Shown here in pieces: positions 47,287-57,130 of a DNA stretch of 64,000 nt (position 1 is the first letter of the stretch; each line of letters opens with the position of its first letter). This DNA is from a virus (taxonomy: Duplodnaviria > Caudoviricetes), in the IMG/VR virus record IMGVR_UViG_3300037851_000542, positions 1 through 64,000 of that record; one strand, given 5' to 3'. Made by a program: the position numbers and the translations under genes. The notes below the pieces were generated by a model. That model searched no databases. It worked only from the letters and a program-made list of their open reading frames with translations, and was not told the DNA's origin.

Positions 47287-48336
47287 ATGAGTAAGTTTGA
47301 AGCACCTTTAACAACCTTTACTTTATCACCCCATGAGAATGCAGATTCATTATCTATAGCTCAAGTAGGCGGATGGACTTGTGTTGTAAAAACAGAAGAT
47401 TTTATTAATGAAACTCTAGGTGTATACTTACCTTTAGATTCTATTGCTGATGAAAATCATCCATTACTTTTTTTTCTTGGCGGCAAAAGAGTTAAAACTG
47501 TTAAACTAAGAGGAGTTATATCACAAGGTTTATTATTACCTTTTTCAAAAGTAATAGAATATATGAAAACTACTTTGGGAATGTCTGAAGCTTCTATAGA
47601 AAAAGTTAGTATATTAGGTAAAGACTTCGTAGGCATACTAAGGGTTAGAAGATGGGAAGACTCTACTAAACTATCTTTAGGCGGTGATGCTGAAACCCCT
47701 AATCCTTTATTTAATAAGTATACAGATATTGAGAATATTAAAAACTTTACAAATGTTATAGTTAAAGGGGAACATATAAATCTCCAAGAGAAGCTTCACG
47801 GTTCTAGTAGTCGGTTCTCCCTAATCAATAATGAACTTATGATCGGTTCTAGAAATATCCAATTAAAAATTGAGGCTGAAAAAGAACCTAACTCTATATG
47901 GCATTATGTTTACAGAAGCAATAACCTAAAAGATAAACTTGAGCTGCTAGCTAAAATAACTGGCTCTTCTCATGTAGGTATATATGGTGAAATAGTGGGT
48001 AAAGGTATTCAGGATCTTCACTATAATCATAATACCCCTTATCTTTATGTTTATGATATAGTAGTAGATGGTAATTATGTTAGCCCCGATCTTTGTGAGC
48101 ATTATTGCAAAGAACTATCTTTAACTCATATTCCTATTCTTTTTAAAGGTCAATACACAGAAAACTTATTGCAATTAAGGTTAGGAAAAAGTACACTTGC
48201 TGATCATGTGAGAGAGGGTATTATTATAAAACCTATGATACCTAGGACTGATCCAGCTTTAGGTAGAGTAGTTTTAAAAGTAATTAGTGAAGACTACTTG
48301 ATGAGAAAGAATCCAAAAGATGCTAAGGATATTTAA
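47287..48336 (+). CDS. ATP-dependent RNA ligase (Rnl2/DRB0094-like)
   Basis: N-terminal HENADSL...GWTCVVK, QEKLHGSS (motif I), YGEIVG, YVYDI, REGIIIKP, LKVISEDYL. Confidence 0.85.
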   Translation: MSKFEAPLTTFTLSPHENADSLSIAQVGGWTCVVKTEDFINETLGVYLPLDSIADENHPLLFFLGGKRVKTVKLRGVISQGLLLPFSKVIEYMKTTLGMSEASIEKVSILGKDFVGILRVRRWEDSTKLSLGGDAETPNPLFNKYTDIENIKNFTNVIVKGEHINLQEKLHGSSSRFSLINNELMIGSRNIQLKIEAEKEPNSIWHYVYRSNNLKDKLELLAKITGSSHVGIYGEIVGKGIQDLHYNHNTPYLYVYDIVVDGNYVSPDLCEHYCKELSLTHIPILFKGQYTENLLQLRLGKSTLADHVREGIIIKPMIPRTDPALGRVVLKVISEDYLMRKNPKDAKDI

Positions 48337-48345
48337 AGGAACTCT

Positions 48346-48714
48346 ATGGCTTACTACTTCATTGTTAAGAGCAGCACTGATTCTAGGTATGGAGTACTTT
48401 CTATTGAAAAGACTACCTCTAAAAAAAGAATAAAGAGTTTTCTCCTGCAACATGAGAAAACTAAAGATAATTATGAGTTTACTTTTCCTGATTTAGCAAA
48501 AGAAAATACTTATGGTTCTAATTTTCATAGGAATATAGTTAGAGTTTATGGATTAGAGAAAGCTTTACCTTTACGGGAACTAAAAAAAGAAGCATCTAAA
48601 GCACAAAAAGCTAATTATGGATCAATCTATTCTAAATCTTACTCTCTAGACAATATTATAGAGAATTATCTTTATAAGCACGCATACAGGATTGATCAAG
48701 TTGAGGATCTTTAA
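48346..48714 (+). CDS. hypothetical protein
   Basis: clean ORF in operon. Confidence 0.7.
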   Translation: MAYYFIVKSSTDSRYGVLSIEKTTSKKRIKSFLLQHEKTKDNYEFTFPDLAKENTYGSNFHRNIVRVYGLEKALPLRELKKEASKAQKANYGSIYSKSYSLDNIIENYLYKHAYRIDQVEDL

Positions 48715-49059
48715 GTGAGCAAATTTAAAAAAGTTACATCTGGTTTTTATTATAAAAATAATGATATAATATCCAATAGTCTTTCTCCTTTAACTTTCTC
48801 TATAAGTAATTGCCCTAGACTTAAAGAAAAAATATTAGCACTGGCTAAACAGGTTTACAAGTTGAACAATAAATATGATGACGGGGTGAATAATATTTCT
48901 TTTTATGATTATAGAAATTTTCAAATTCACAGTAAAACAGGTAAAAGTTTAGGGATTAATTTTGCTATTTTTCACGTAGAGGTAGATGGATTTATTGTTA
49001 CTGGTGAACTAGGCGACGAGAAAACAGAATTTAAAACAGGCTGGATACAACTAAAGTGA
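48715..49059 (+). CDS. hypothetical protein
   Basis: GTG start abutting the previous stop. Confidence 0.65.
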   Translation: MSKFKKVTSGFYYKNNDIISNSLSPLTFSISNCPRLKEKILALAKQVYKLNNKYDDGVNNISFYDYRNFQIHSKTGKSLGINFAIFHVEVDGFIVTGELGDEKTEFKTGWIQLK

Positions 49060-49385
49060 AAAGAAGAAGAATAAAAAAACTCGCGCCGCCATTAAAAAAA
49101 CAGTGGAAAACTACAGATATTATGTTAGACTTAGTTTATTATACTAAAGAAATACCTTATCCTGTATATAAACATCCAGACGGTGGGTACGTAATAGCTG
49201 ATAATACACCTAGAACTTTAATCTGGTGGCAGGATTATATAGGGGATTTTTTAAGGATAATAAGAGCATCTAATCCAGAAGAATTAGCAGTAAAGTATTT
49301 AGTATTCTTTCTAAACCCAGAGGTTATACAAATACAGCTCGAAGAGGATGCCGAAGTTTATGAAGATGATGAATTTAATAATTGA
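49056..49385 (+). CDS. hypothetical protein
   Basis: GTGA coupling. Confidence 0.65.
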   Translation: MKRRRIKKLAPPLKKQWKTTDIMLDLVYYTKEIPYPVYKHPDGGYVIADNTPRTLIWWQDYIGDFLRIIRASNPEELAVKYLVFFLNPEVIQIQLEEDAEVYEDDEFNN

Positions 49386-49603
49386 ATAAACATATGAGAT
49401 CTGAAATTAGAATAGAAGTAGAAGAAGTAAAAAATTTAACTGAAGAACAGTTTGAGTATTTACTATTAAACTTTAGATGCATCTTTACAGAAAACAAAGT
49501 AGACAAAGGGGTGAGTTTACCCTATGAAGATGCTAAAATTCTATTTGAGGTAGAAGAAAAGTACAATCAAACTTTAGAAGAGCTAAAAGAAAAACTGTTA
49601 TAA
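49382..49603 (+). CDS. hypothetical protein
   Basis: clean ORF. Confidence 0.6.
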   Translation: MNKHMRSEIRIEVEEVKNLTEEQFEYLLLNFRCIFTENKVDKGVSLPYEDAKILFEVEEKYNQTLEELKEKLL

Positions 49604-49616
49604 TCTGAGTAAAAGT

Positions 49617-49880
49617 ATGAACATAAAACTACAAGACTTTAAAGATCACATTGATAGTGCTATTGTATTAGGTGATATTAAAAAAGATACTGAGTATAGA
49701 TTATTTTATAATTACCCTAGGATCTCAGAGTCTGATATAACAGTGGATAATGACATATGCACTTTAAATGGTATAGTCTTAGACACGTATTATATCTTTA
49801 AATCTGAGCACAAACTAATTAAATTGTTAGCTTTTGAAAATAAAGATTATCTAAAAAACTGGTACTTAAAAGAAGTTTAA
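49617..49880 (+). CDS. hypothetical protein
   Basis: clean ORF. Confidence 0.7.
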   Translation: MNIKLQDFKDHIDSAIVLGDIKKDTEYRLFYNYPRISESDITVDNDICTLNGIVLDTYYIFKSEHKLIKLLAFENKDYLKNWYLKEV

Positions 49881-49881
49881 A

Positions 49882-50136
49882 ATGAGAGGACTATCAACCT
49901 GTTTCTTTTTATTTATAGTCTTAATATATCTTTATGGGTTTTACTGGGTCGCCGCGCTCAACCGTAATAATTACTTAGATAGAAGCAAGATCTGGTATGA
50001 TATTGATCCTAACAGTGAAGAGTACCTTGAGTCTAAAAGTCCGTACCAATCTTTTAAAATTATAGCTAGAGTTCTTCTATTTATGATCTGTATAATAGTC
50101 ATAACTATTATTAGGATTGCATTTAATTTACCTTAA
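49882..50136 (+). CDS. 2-TM membrane protein
   Basis: hydrophobic N- and C-terminal segments. Confidence 0.7.
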   Translation: MRGLSTCFFLFIVLIYLYGFYWVAALNRNNYLDRSKIWYDIDPNSEEYLESKSPYQSFKIIARVLLFMICIIVITIIRIAFNLP

Positions 50137-50179
50137 ATAATGCTAAAAGTTATTTTTTAATATCAATTAAAGGAATAAA

Positions 50180-50437
50180 ATGACAAAAAATGTTGAGATA
50201 AAGAATTATAAAAATAAGGAAGTCTCTTGGGGTCGAGGATTGAGAGATGGTCTATTGGGGCTTAAAAATTTAGATGAAAATACTGCATATTTTGAAGGCT
50301 ATAAAAAAGTGCCCATCCAAAGGAAAGCACTTGGACCTGTTTATGTTGAAGTACCTAAAACTGTTATAGAAATGTTATCGTTTGAGGAGAACACAGAAAA
50401 GAAACTAGGAGTAAACAAGCAATATGGCAGACGATAA
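50180..50437 (+). CDS. hypothetical protein
   Basis: AAGGA SD. Confidence 0.65.
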   Translation: MTKNVEIKNYKNKEVSWGRGLRDGLLGLKNLDENTAYFEGYKKVPIQRKALGPVYVEVPKTVIEMLSFEENTEKKLGVNKQYGRR

Positions 50438-50705
50438 ACTTCCAGACGAAAGTATGTGTACATCCTTTGCAAGGCTAGTCAGTGCTATTCAACACGCCGA
50501 GGAAACCGGCGCTCTCGATAATATCGAATTCTTGGCAGAGGCATTAGAAATCTACCAAACCAACTTTGAGTATAACCACTCTTTTATGCGTAAGGGACCT
50601 GCATATATGCTAAAAGCGAGGGAATTACTTCGTTTATGGGCAGAGAAAAAGTATTCGGAGGATTCGAACGACGTAGCTAAGGTAAATACTAAGGTAGTCA
50701 ATTAA
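50424..50705 (+). CDS. hypothetical protein
   Basis: AGGAG SD. Confidence 0.7.
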   Translation: MADDKLPDESMCTSFARLVSAIQHAEETGALDNIEFLAEALEIYQTNFEYNHSFMRKGPAYMLKARELLRLWAEKKYSEDSNDVAKVNTKVVN

Positions 50706-51024
50706 TGAAATAGAAAGAACATGTCTTTATTAATTTCCTGAGAGTAACCAGTGGGAAGCAGAAGTTTGGACTTTATTCGTTCACTTAACCAAACCCTAAG
50801 CAGATAAAATTAGATCTAAAATAAAGAAAGCTTCTGGTTCTTATTTAAACCTGTCTACTAGGGTCTCCTGCTCTCAACCTTATAGCTTTAAACTTTGTAA
50901 GCGTTCAGCTGAGGAAGTTGAAAGTCTGGTGAAGAGAAGCTCCGGTGGGTATCACCCAAGATACTCTGTAGCTAAGAAGGTAGATCTTAAAAAGGATTTA
51001 TACAAGCTGGGTATATTCAGATAG
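50704..51024 (+). pseudogene. possible decayed gene with two in-frame TAA
   Basis: protein-like frame NEIERTCLY*FPESNQWEAEVW...TKP*ADKIRSKIK...KLGIFR*; TAA at 50731 and 50797. Confidence 0.3.
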
Positions 51025-51108
51025 AATTAACTAAAGTTTTGTAGCATATTGACCGATAAGTAATAAGTAATAAGTAATAAGTAAACATTAACTTATATAA
51101 GGTAAAAT

Positions 51109-51882
51109 ATGATAATTAAAATAAAAATACTTCTATTAATTTTAGTAACTATTTGTACTACAGCAACTGCTCAAGAAGTTGTTCCGGAAACAATAGTAGT
51201 TAACATACATACCAAATACTTAAAGGAGGTGATATTTGCTTACGCTGATTACGATCCTAATGAAAGTGGTACCTTAAATAAAAGTTCTTCCATTCGTACC
51301 GTAGTTGTCACAAAAGATTCTAAAGTTTATTTCAGTGAGCCTTTTGATTCTGAAGATACAGAATTAACCAGATTTCTTGGAAACTGGATGAAGCCCTACT
51401 CTGGAGAGTATAGAATGGTTACAGATGGTTTTGGTAGAATTTTTGTTAAACCGTCTCTTTGGTGGTATGAGGATGATCAAGTAAAAGAGCACCAATTACT
51501 ATATGAGGATGAGTTTGGAAAGCAGTATAAACGTGTTAGTCCAAAAGATGCTCCAAGTTCATTAAAAAACTCTTGTAAGTGTATAGATATTACTCATCAA
51601 ATGTTTCACGCGCAAAAGCATAATTTAGAAATTGTGACTTATGATTTAGAAAATAATGATTGGGATAAATTAGTTAGAACTCTAGACCGAGAAGAACTTA
51701 GTCTTGCAACTGATGAAGTAAGATTACAAAAGTATATAGATAATGGTTACTCAGATACTAGCATTTTTTACCAAGTATTTCCAACTTTAATAACAGCCTT
51801 TTTACTGAGCTTTATCCCAGTAATTGTAATTGTACTTATCGTGATAATTCTCCTCTATCTTCGCGCTGCTACCTGGAGGTAA
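51109..51882 (+). CDS. exported protein with signal peptide and C-terminal TM anchor
   Basis: MIIKIKILLLILVTICTTATAQ; hydrophobic C-terminus; promoter 51031. Confidence 0.75.
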   Translation: MIIKIKILLLILVTICTTATAQEVVPETIVVNIHTKYLKEVIFAYADYDPNESGTLNKSSSIRTVVVTKDSKVYFSEPFDSEDTELTRFLGNWMKPYSGEYRMVTDGFGRIFVKPSLWWYEDDQVKEHQLLYEDEFGKQYKRVSPKDAPSSLKNSCKCIDITHQMFHAQKHNLEIVTYDLENNDWDKLVRTLDREELSLATDEVRLQKYIDNGYSDTSIFYQVFPTLITAFLLSFIPVIVIVLIVIILLYLRAATWR

Positions 51883-51963
51883 ATAACTAAAGTTTATTTT
51901 AATTTGCTCCGATATAATTAATTAGAAGAAGATTTGTTATAAACTTAAATAAGGATATATAAA

Positions 51964-52407
51964 ATGTCGCTTGAACATGTAAAAGACTACCTAGAAACTT
52001 TACCTCAAATTAAAGGAATTGAATTAGTACTTCATAGTTATGCTAGCATCTGCGATGCTTACGGCAATATCATTGTTGGAGCAAATGGTTATATTACTAG
52101 AAAAGACTATTTTTCTATCCACGAGCGTATGCAAATCTTAAAAGAGCTAGACCGACCGGAAGAAAAGATGAGAGTTAGTGAGTTTTTACTGGCTCATCCA
52201 GAGATATCACGTAGAGCAGACGATGAGTACTGTATAGCAGTAAAAGGCATCGCTACTATTTATGCTGTGGTGCGCCCAGAAGAGGAAGGAGATAAACCGG
52301 GACTCTGGTGGGGCTCTTCTTGGTGGGATGACTTGTCCCCTTCTGTTTTACGCCGTATAGCAGAAGCTAAAGAGTTATTAGAAGAAGGAGAGCTTGTACA
52401 TGGTTAA
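51964..52407 (+). CDS. hypothetical protein
   Basis: promoter 51887, AAGGA SD. Confidence 0.75.
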   Translation: MSLEHVKDYLETLPQIKGIELVLHSYASICDAYGNIIVGANGYITRKDYFSIHERMQILKELDRPEEKMRVSEFLLAHPEISRRADDEYCIAVKGIATIYAVVRPEEEGDKPGLWWGSSWWDDLSPSVLRRIAEAKELLEEGELVHG

Positions 52408-52780
52408 AGTTGAACCTGAAAAAAACAATACTGAACATTTAGATAGGAAAATTCAAGAAAGATTAGAACATTTAAAGTCTCTAGAAAAAGGTTGGTACTG
52501 GGATGGAGAAGGAGAGCCTGTATCTGAAATAGCAATTAATGAAGCTAATAAATTAATAAGTGCAAGACCAGACCTGAAATCGTATTACCGATTGTATCCT
52601 GTACCAGAGGGTGGCATTTCTATAGAGTTTGAAAAATCAAATTTATTAATATCAATTTATATTAATAATGATGGTATTGTTATAGCAGATCAAAGTGGTA
52701 TAGCTTCAGAAAGAGAATTTGAAGGTGAGTTTACTGGGGTTAATGCAGAGTTTTTAGCGTTATTTAATAAATATGTCTAA
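52394..52780 (+). CDS. hypothetical protein
   Basis: LEKGWYWDGEGEP...PVPEGGISIEF motif. Confidence 0.75.
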   Translation: MYMVKVEPEKNNTEHLDRKIQERLEHLKSLEKGWYWDGEGEPVSEIAINEANKLISARPDLKSYYRLYPVPEGGISIEFEKSNLLISIYINNDGIVIADQSGIASEREFEGEFTGVNAEFLALFNKYV

Positions 52781-52833
52781 AGTTATTCTCTATTAGCGCC
52801 GATATAAATAATATAAGATTTATGGAGTAATAA

Positions 52834-53169
52834 ATGAAATTGCCAGAACTTACCTGTCCAAAAATTGATTATATTGCAGAAGCTATTAAATCTAGTTTAA
52901 AAAATTGTGATAAAATTGAGTTTTATGAATCTTGGGCAGAAACTCCTGAGCAGTATTCAAAAGAAATACAAGAACTTAAAGATCGAGCCCGTGAAATTTC
53001 TTGGAAACTAAGTGATTTAGAAAGTACCTTAGAAGAAGTTAGGTCAGCTAATAAAGAATTAAGGGAAAAAGCTTTAGAGTATATGGATTTATATTTAGAA
53101 CTTTTTAAAGAAAAAAGTAAGGAAAAACAAGTAGCAGGAATAACTATTTATTGTTATGATAAGGATTAA
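52834..53169 (+). CDS. coiled-coil phage protein
   Basis: TCPKID...LEEVRSANKELRE; promoter 52777. Confidence 0.75.
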   Translation: MKLPELTCPKIDYIAEAIKSSLKNCDKIEFYESWAETPEQYSKEIQELKDRAREISWKLSDLESTLEEVRSANKELREKALEYMDLYLELFKEKSKEKQVAGITIYCYDKD

Positions 53170-53629
53170 TATGGGATTTTTTAGTTGGAAAACAGCAGAT
53201 ACAAATCTTAGTATTCCTAATATACACTCGTGTCGTAAAACTTTTACGGTTTATATGATTACAGAAGATAAAATTTGGGAAGAAACCAGCTATAACGGCT
53301 ATGGAATCTTCGGAGGTAAGGATATTTATGCCCTTATAGTTGAAATGAATGGTTTAGTACCAGAAGGGTTAAGCACAGAAGATGAGAATTATGAAGAGGT
53401 AATTAGGGACAAGGGTATAGGTTTAATATTTAATAATAACCCCTCCGGAGATTTTGAAGTTGCCGCAAATAACGGTATTAAAGTACCTAAATTAGTTGAG
53501 AATAAAGGGGTTAGATATGATGAAGTAGGTCATAGTGCCCCTTGTCTAGATCAAGGCTTTTTCTATGACAACGATGATTCAGCTATTGACGCAGATTGGG
53601 ATACTGATTATGACGGCTGTGGTGGATAA
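53156..53629 (+). CDS. conserved hypothetical phage protein
   Basis: MGFFSW.TADT..SI...YNGYGIFGGKDIY...DQGFFY; start probably 53171. Confidence 0.8.
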   Translation: MIRINMGFFSWKTADTNLSIPNIHSCRKTFTVYMITEDKIWEETSYNGYGIFGGKDIYALIVEMNGLVPEGLSTEDENYEEVIRDKGIGLIFNNNPSGDFEVAANNGIKVPKLVENKGVRYDEVGHSAPCLDQGFFYDNDDSAIDADWDTDYDGCGG

Positions 53630-53673
53630 AGGATAAAATTAAGCATATAATTAATTTAAAAATAAAAGGAAAA

Positions 53674-54156
53674 ATGAAAAATAAAATAGTACTAGCACTT
53701 TTAATTACAGCAGTAGGTTGCACCCCTATGGCTAAAAGGACAAACTCTATTGAAGGTGGGTGGGTCTCTAAACCTTTAAATAAGCGAACATTTTACATAA
53801 GCTACCAGGGTAATTATTTAACTAGCAACACTACAGCAGAACAATTAGCTCTTGACCAGGCGCACAATACTTGTTTAAAAGCAGGAAATTCAGGAGAATT
53901 TAAAATAGTAAACGGCAGTACAACATCGTCGCATCTCCAAATTGGAGCATTTATGGCTTCGGTGTCACTGGATAAACCGACTGCTTCATACATTATAGAG
54001 TGTGAATCTACTCAAAGGTTAAATAACCTTGTAAATTATAGATTTAATACGCCTAAGACTATAGTGTCATATCCTGAAAATAATACTGGGACTATTAATA
54101 GGCAGAGATTCAACAAAGCTTGGGAAAAATATCTTAAAAATAACAGTAAGGAATAG
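53674..54156 (+). CDS. putative lipoprotein
   Basis: MKNKIVLALLITAVG-C lipobox. Confidence 0.7.
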   Translation: MKNKIVLALLITAVGCTPMAKRTNSIEGGWVSKPLNKRTFYISYQGNYLTSNTTAEQLALDQAHNTCLKAGNSGEFKIVNGSTTSSHLQIGAFMASVSLDKPTASYIIECESTQRLNNLVNYRFNTPKTIVSYPENNTGTINRQRFNKAWEKYLKNNSKE

Positions 54157-54321
54157 TATTATGATTTACCTTTTAATAATTATATTTCATCATACTGGTA
54201 GAGCTGTTGCTATAGACCATATAGAATTCAATAGTAGTGCCAGCTGTGAGATCACAGCAAGCTCTGTGAGAAAGTTAGACCCAAGGATAGAAACATTTTG
54301 TGTATTTAAAGGTTAAATGAA

Positions 54322-54708
54322 ATGAAGTGGTTTAAATATTTCTTATTAGGTCACAGCGATATAAATACTGTAATAGGCGATATTGCAGTAGCTGTATTAG
54401 AGTTAGAGGATTTGCTTAATATAAAAGAAAGACTTAAAACGTCTACTAAAGGCGTAACCTACGGTATTCTAGTAGATCATAATAAGTTAATTGTAGAATC
54501 TACTAAAAAACTTGTAGGTCTTATTGGAATAGTAAAAGCATTAGAAGATATAGACGGTAAAGATTATAGTAGTAGTTTTTCTAGAGTTGCACTTTTAAAT
54601 GCTGTATTAAAAAATGAACTACCTGCTTTTTTAAAGGAGCTAAGGGAGGTTACAACTATTAAACCAGATGTTACTAAGAGACAAATAATTACATTTAACC
54701 CAAATTAA
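54322..54708 (+). CDS. hypothetical protein
   Basis: clean ORF. Confidence 0.7.
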   Translation: MKWFKYFLLGHSDINTVIGDIAVAVLELEDLLNIKERLKTSTKGVTYGILVDHNKLIVESTKKLVGLIGIVKALEDIDGKDYSSSFSRVALLNAVLKNELPAFLKELREVTTIKPDVTKRQIITFNPN

Positions 54709-54710
54709 AT

Positions 54711-56141
54711 TTAAATATAGTTCACATTATTATATAAAGCTTTTAATGTATTTTCTCTTTCAATGCTCCAATTAGTGAGCATTGAATGTGGGTTTGATTT
54801 ATCTTGATAATCTAGTACTACAGCTACTGCTTTTTCAGGTAAATATCTTAGTATTCTACCAGTACTTTGAATCATAGTTGTAGTATTCTTTCCTGTAAAA
54901 GGACCTACTAATTGAATAGCACTCAGTTGTGGAACATTAAAACCTGTATCAAATAACTTATAGGTACCCACAATAACATCTATAAGATTATCTTTAACTG
55001 CTTCTACATCTAAGTCTAATTGTTTGTGGTCTACTGAGAATCCACCTTTATTGTCTGATTTATATGGAAAGGATACACTTAGTCCTTGCTCCCTTAATAA
55101 ATTAGCTAATGTTTTACCGTGGTCTACTCTATTAACACACATTATAACTTTATGGTTTAAGGTTTTAACTAGGTTATATGTGTCTGTAATAATCATTAGG
55201 TTGCGCGGAATGCTATTACTGATATCTTCTTCTAAGGAGTGTTTAGCTTTGAACTTAGCCCACTGGGGCATACTGTTACTAAAGTTATAGTAAAAGTTTA
55301 AGTTTGTTTTTCTAATCATACAGACTGGTGTTAGTCTCTTGGGTATTGATGTTTCTGGTATATGGACTTGTATTGGACCAAAAAGGGCTTCCATTAATTT
55401 ATTTTTCTGTTCATCTCTATAATGTTCTGGTGTGGCAGAAAACCCATATAATCTTTCTGCGCCCAGATTTAAAATAGCATTTCTACTTGTTAAGGCACTA
55501 CTAAAATGAACCTCATCATAGAGAACCATATAGAACTGATTCCTGAGCCTCTCAATATCAAAAGAGGACTTTCCAATAGTTCTTAAAGATCCTACTGTAA
55601 TAGGTTTTATACTAAATTGCTTTTGTTTTATTAGTCCAATATCTTCTTTTGGTATGCCTAATACTTTTTCTACTTCTCTAGTAAATTGTCTAAGTAGTAT
55701 GTCTTTGTCTGCTAAGAATAAAATAGGACCTTTATTCTGGAGCCCTATTATTAGATTCATACAAATAGTTTTACCTGAGCCTGCAGCGCTTTGAAATCTG
55801 CCTACTTTATGCTTTAATAAGCTTTTTACAGCATCTCCTTGGTAAGCAAAAGGACCTGTAGTATAATTTATATTAGGACTTATTCTAAAACTTTGATCAG
55901 TATATTTATGTTCCTGATCTTCTAATTTATAACTTAGGTTAGCTTGTTCCAGGTATTTAATAAGATTATATAAAAGACCCCTTGGTATTTTTACATAATC
56001 TTTGTCTTCACTGTAAAGATTAACGTATTCTACTTGTTCATCTGACTCTAAAGTAAAATAACAATCTGATTGTAATCTTTGTCTTATAATAAGAGGAAGG
56101 TTATAAACATATAACCCATCCTCGATTTTTATGGTGACCAT
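54711..56141 (-). CDS. superfamily 2 DNA helicase (UvsW/XPB-like)
   Basis: YQGDAV (Q motif), SAAGSGKT, YDEVH, GFSATP, FDTGFNVP, QSTGRILR. Confidence 0.9.
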   Translation of the reverse strand: MVTIKIEDGLYVYNLPLIIRQRLQSDCYFTLESDEQVEYVNLYSEDKDYVKIPRGLLYNLIKYLEQANLSYKLEDQEHKYTDQSFRISPNINYTTGPFAYQGDAVKSLLKHKVGRFQSAAGSGKTICMNLIIGLQNKGPILFLADKDILLRQFTREVEKVLGIPKEDIGLIKQKQFSIKPITVGSLRTIGKSSFDIERLRNQFYMVLYDEVHFSSALTSRNAILNLGAERLYGFSATPEHYRDEQKNKLMEALFGPIQVHIPETSIPKRLTPVCMIRKTNLNFYYNFSNSMPQWAKFKAKHSLEEDISNSIPRNLMIITDTYNLVKTLNHKVIMCVNRVDHGKTLANLLREQGLSVSFPYKSDNKGGFSVDHKQLDLDVEAVKDNLIDVIVGTYKLFDTGFNVPQLSAIQLVGPFTGKNTTTMIQSTGRILRYLPEKAVAVVLDYQDKSNPHSMLTNWSIERENTLKALYNNVNYI

Positions 56142-56150
56142 TTAAGGATA

Positions 56151-57032
56151 TCACATAGTAGGCATAACAGCACTAGGTAAACTGTTACCTAACGCATTCT
56201 GAATATTATTTACATCCTGTTGATTTGCCGGTTGAACTTGAGGCACTGGATTATGAATAATCACTTGCTCTTGTTGCTGCGGAACAACCTGCTGCTGTTG
56301 CACATACTGTGGCTGCTGAACAGCTTGAGTAGGCTGTACGTATTGTGGCTGCTGAGGTTGATGCGGCACAAACTGTGACTCTACAGGAGTCTGCACGTAC
56401 TGTGGCTGTTGCTGAAGCGCTGTGGATGGTGCCTGAACATACTGCTGCGTCTGAGGCTGTTGTACATACTGTTGCTGCTGTTGCTGTTGCTGTTGAGGAA
56501 CAAATTGCTGAGGTGCTGCCATAACTTGTGGAGGAGGTTGCATCCCAGGAGCATACACAGGCTGTTGCTGCTGCGGTTGTTGCATCTGCTGTTGTTGTGG
56601 GGCTTGACCTTGATTATCATTACTAGGTTTAGCAAAGATGTTTTTTAGCATAGCGTTAACTTTATCATCTATAACCATACCCTTAACGTAGGTAAGATTT
56701 ACATAGACTCCGCCACCTTCTCCACCTACTTCTTTTAAACTGAGCTGTCCGTTAACTGCTACCTTAACAGATTTATACATTTCACCTAAGTATGCATTTG
56801 GATTAGCTTTATCGTGATAAACATTGGCAATTGCAAGAGCAAATCTGTCTTGAGCTGGGTCTTTACAGAAGTATGAACAGTTAATTTTTCCGGCGGTAAA
56901 CTTATTTTCAACATCTTTCCCTAGACCATCTACATATACGGTGAATCCCATTATAGTACCGTTTTGATCTTGCTTAACTATCTTGGCAGGGTATATAACT
57001 TTACCAATAAATCCGTGACTAAATATATCCAT
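56151..57032 (-). CDS. SSB-like OB-fold protein with a long Q/P-rich tail
   Basis: N-terminal ~135 aa beta-rich (FIGKV...FTVYV...KVAVNGQL); C-terminal ~155 aa Q/P/V/Y low-complexity. Confidence 0.6.
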   Translation of the reverse strand: MDIFSHGFIGKVIYPAKIVKQDQNGTIMGFTVYVDGLGKDVENKFTAGKINCSYFCKDPAQDRFALAIANVYHDKANPNAYLGEMYKSVKVAVNGQLSLKEVGGEGGGVYVNLTYVKGMVIDDKVNAMLKNIFAKPSNDNQGQAPQQQQMQQPQQQQPVYAPGMQPPPQVMAAPQQFVPQQQQQQQQQYVQQPQTQQYVQAPSTALQQQPQYVQTPVESQFVPHQPQQPQYVQPTQAVQQPQYVQQQQVVPQQQEQVIIHNPVPQVQPANQQDVNNIQNALGNSLPSAVMPTM

Positions 57033-57130
57033 TTTTCTTTTCCTATCTGTAAAAATATACCTAAAGTTTTATCTTAATTGTTCCGATAGAACATATGTGA
57101 TTAGAGTATATTAAAGCACAAGGGTAGAAT

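Larger units (their letters stand above)
28127..57088 (+). promoter_or_regulatory. 15 sigma28-type promoters, plus strand
   Basis: CT(A/C/T)AAG-N16-(C/T)C(G/A)ATA with -35 at 28127, 28394, 30698, 32774, 34697, 35699, 38291, 41992, 44069, 45446, 46168, 51031, 51887, 52777, 57061. Confidence 0.85.

Noticed and set aside
51058-51084. AAGTAAT x3.9 tandem repeat after promoter 51031
   Set aside because: Probably simple slippage in a 5' UTR, with no further support for function.
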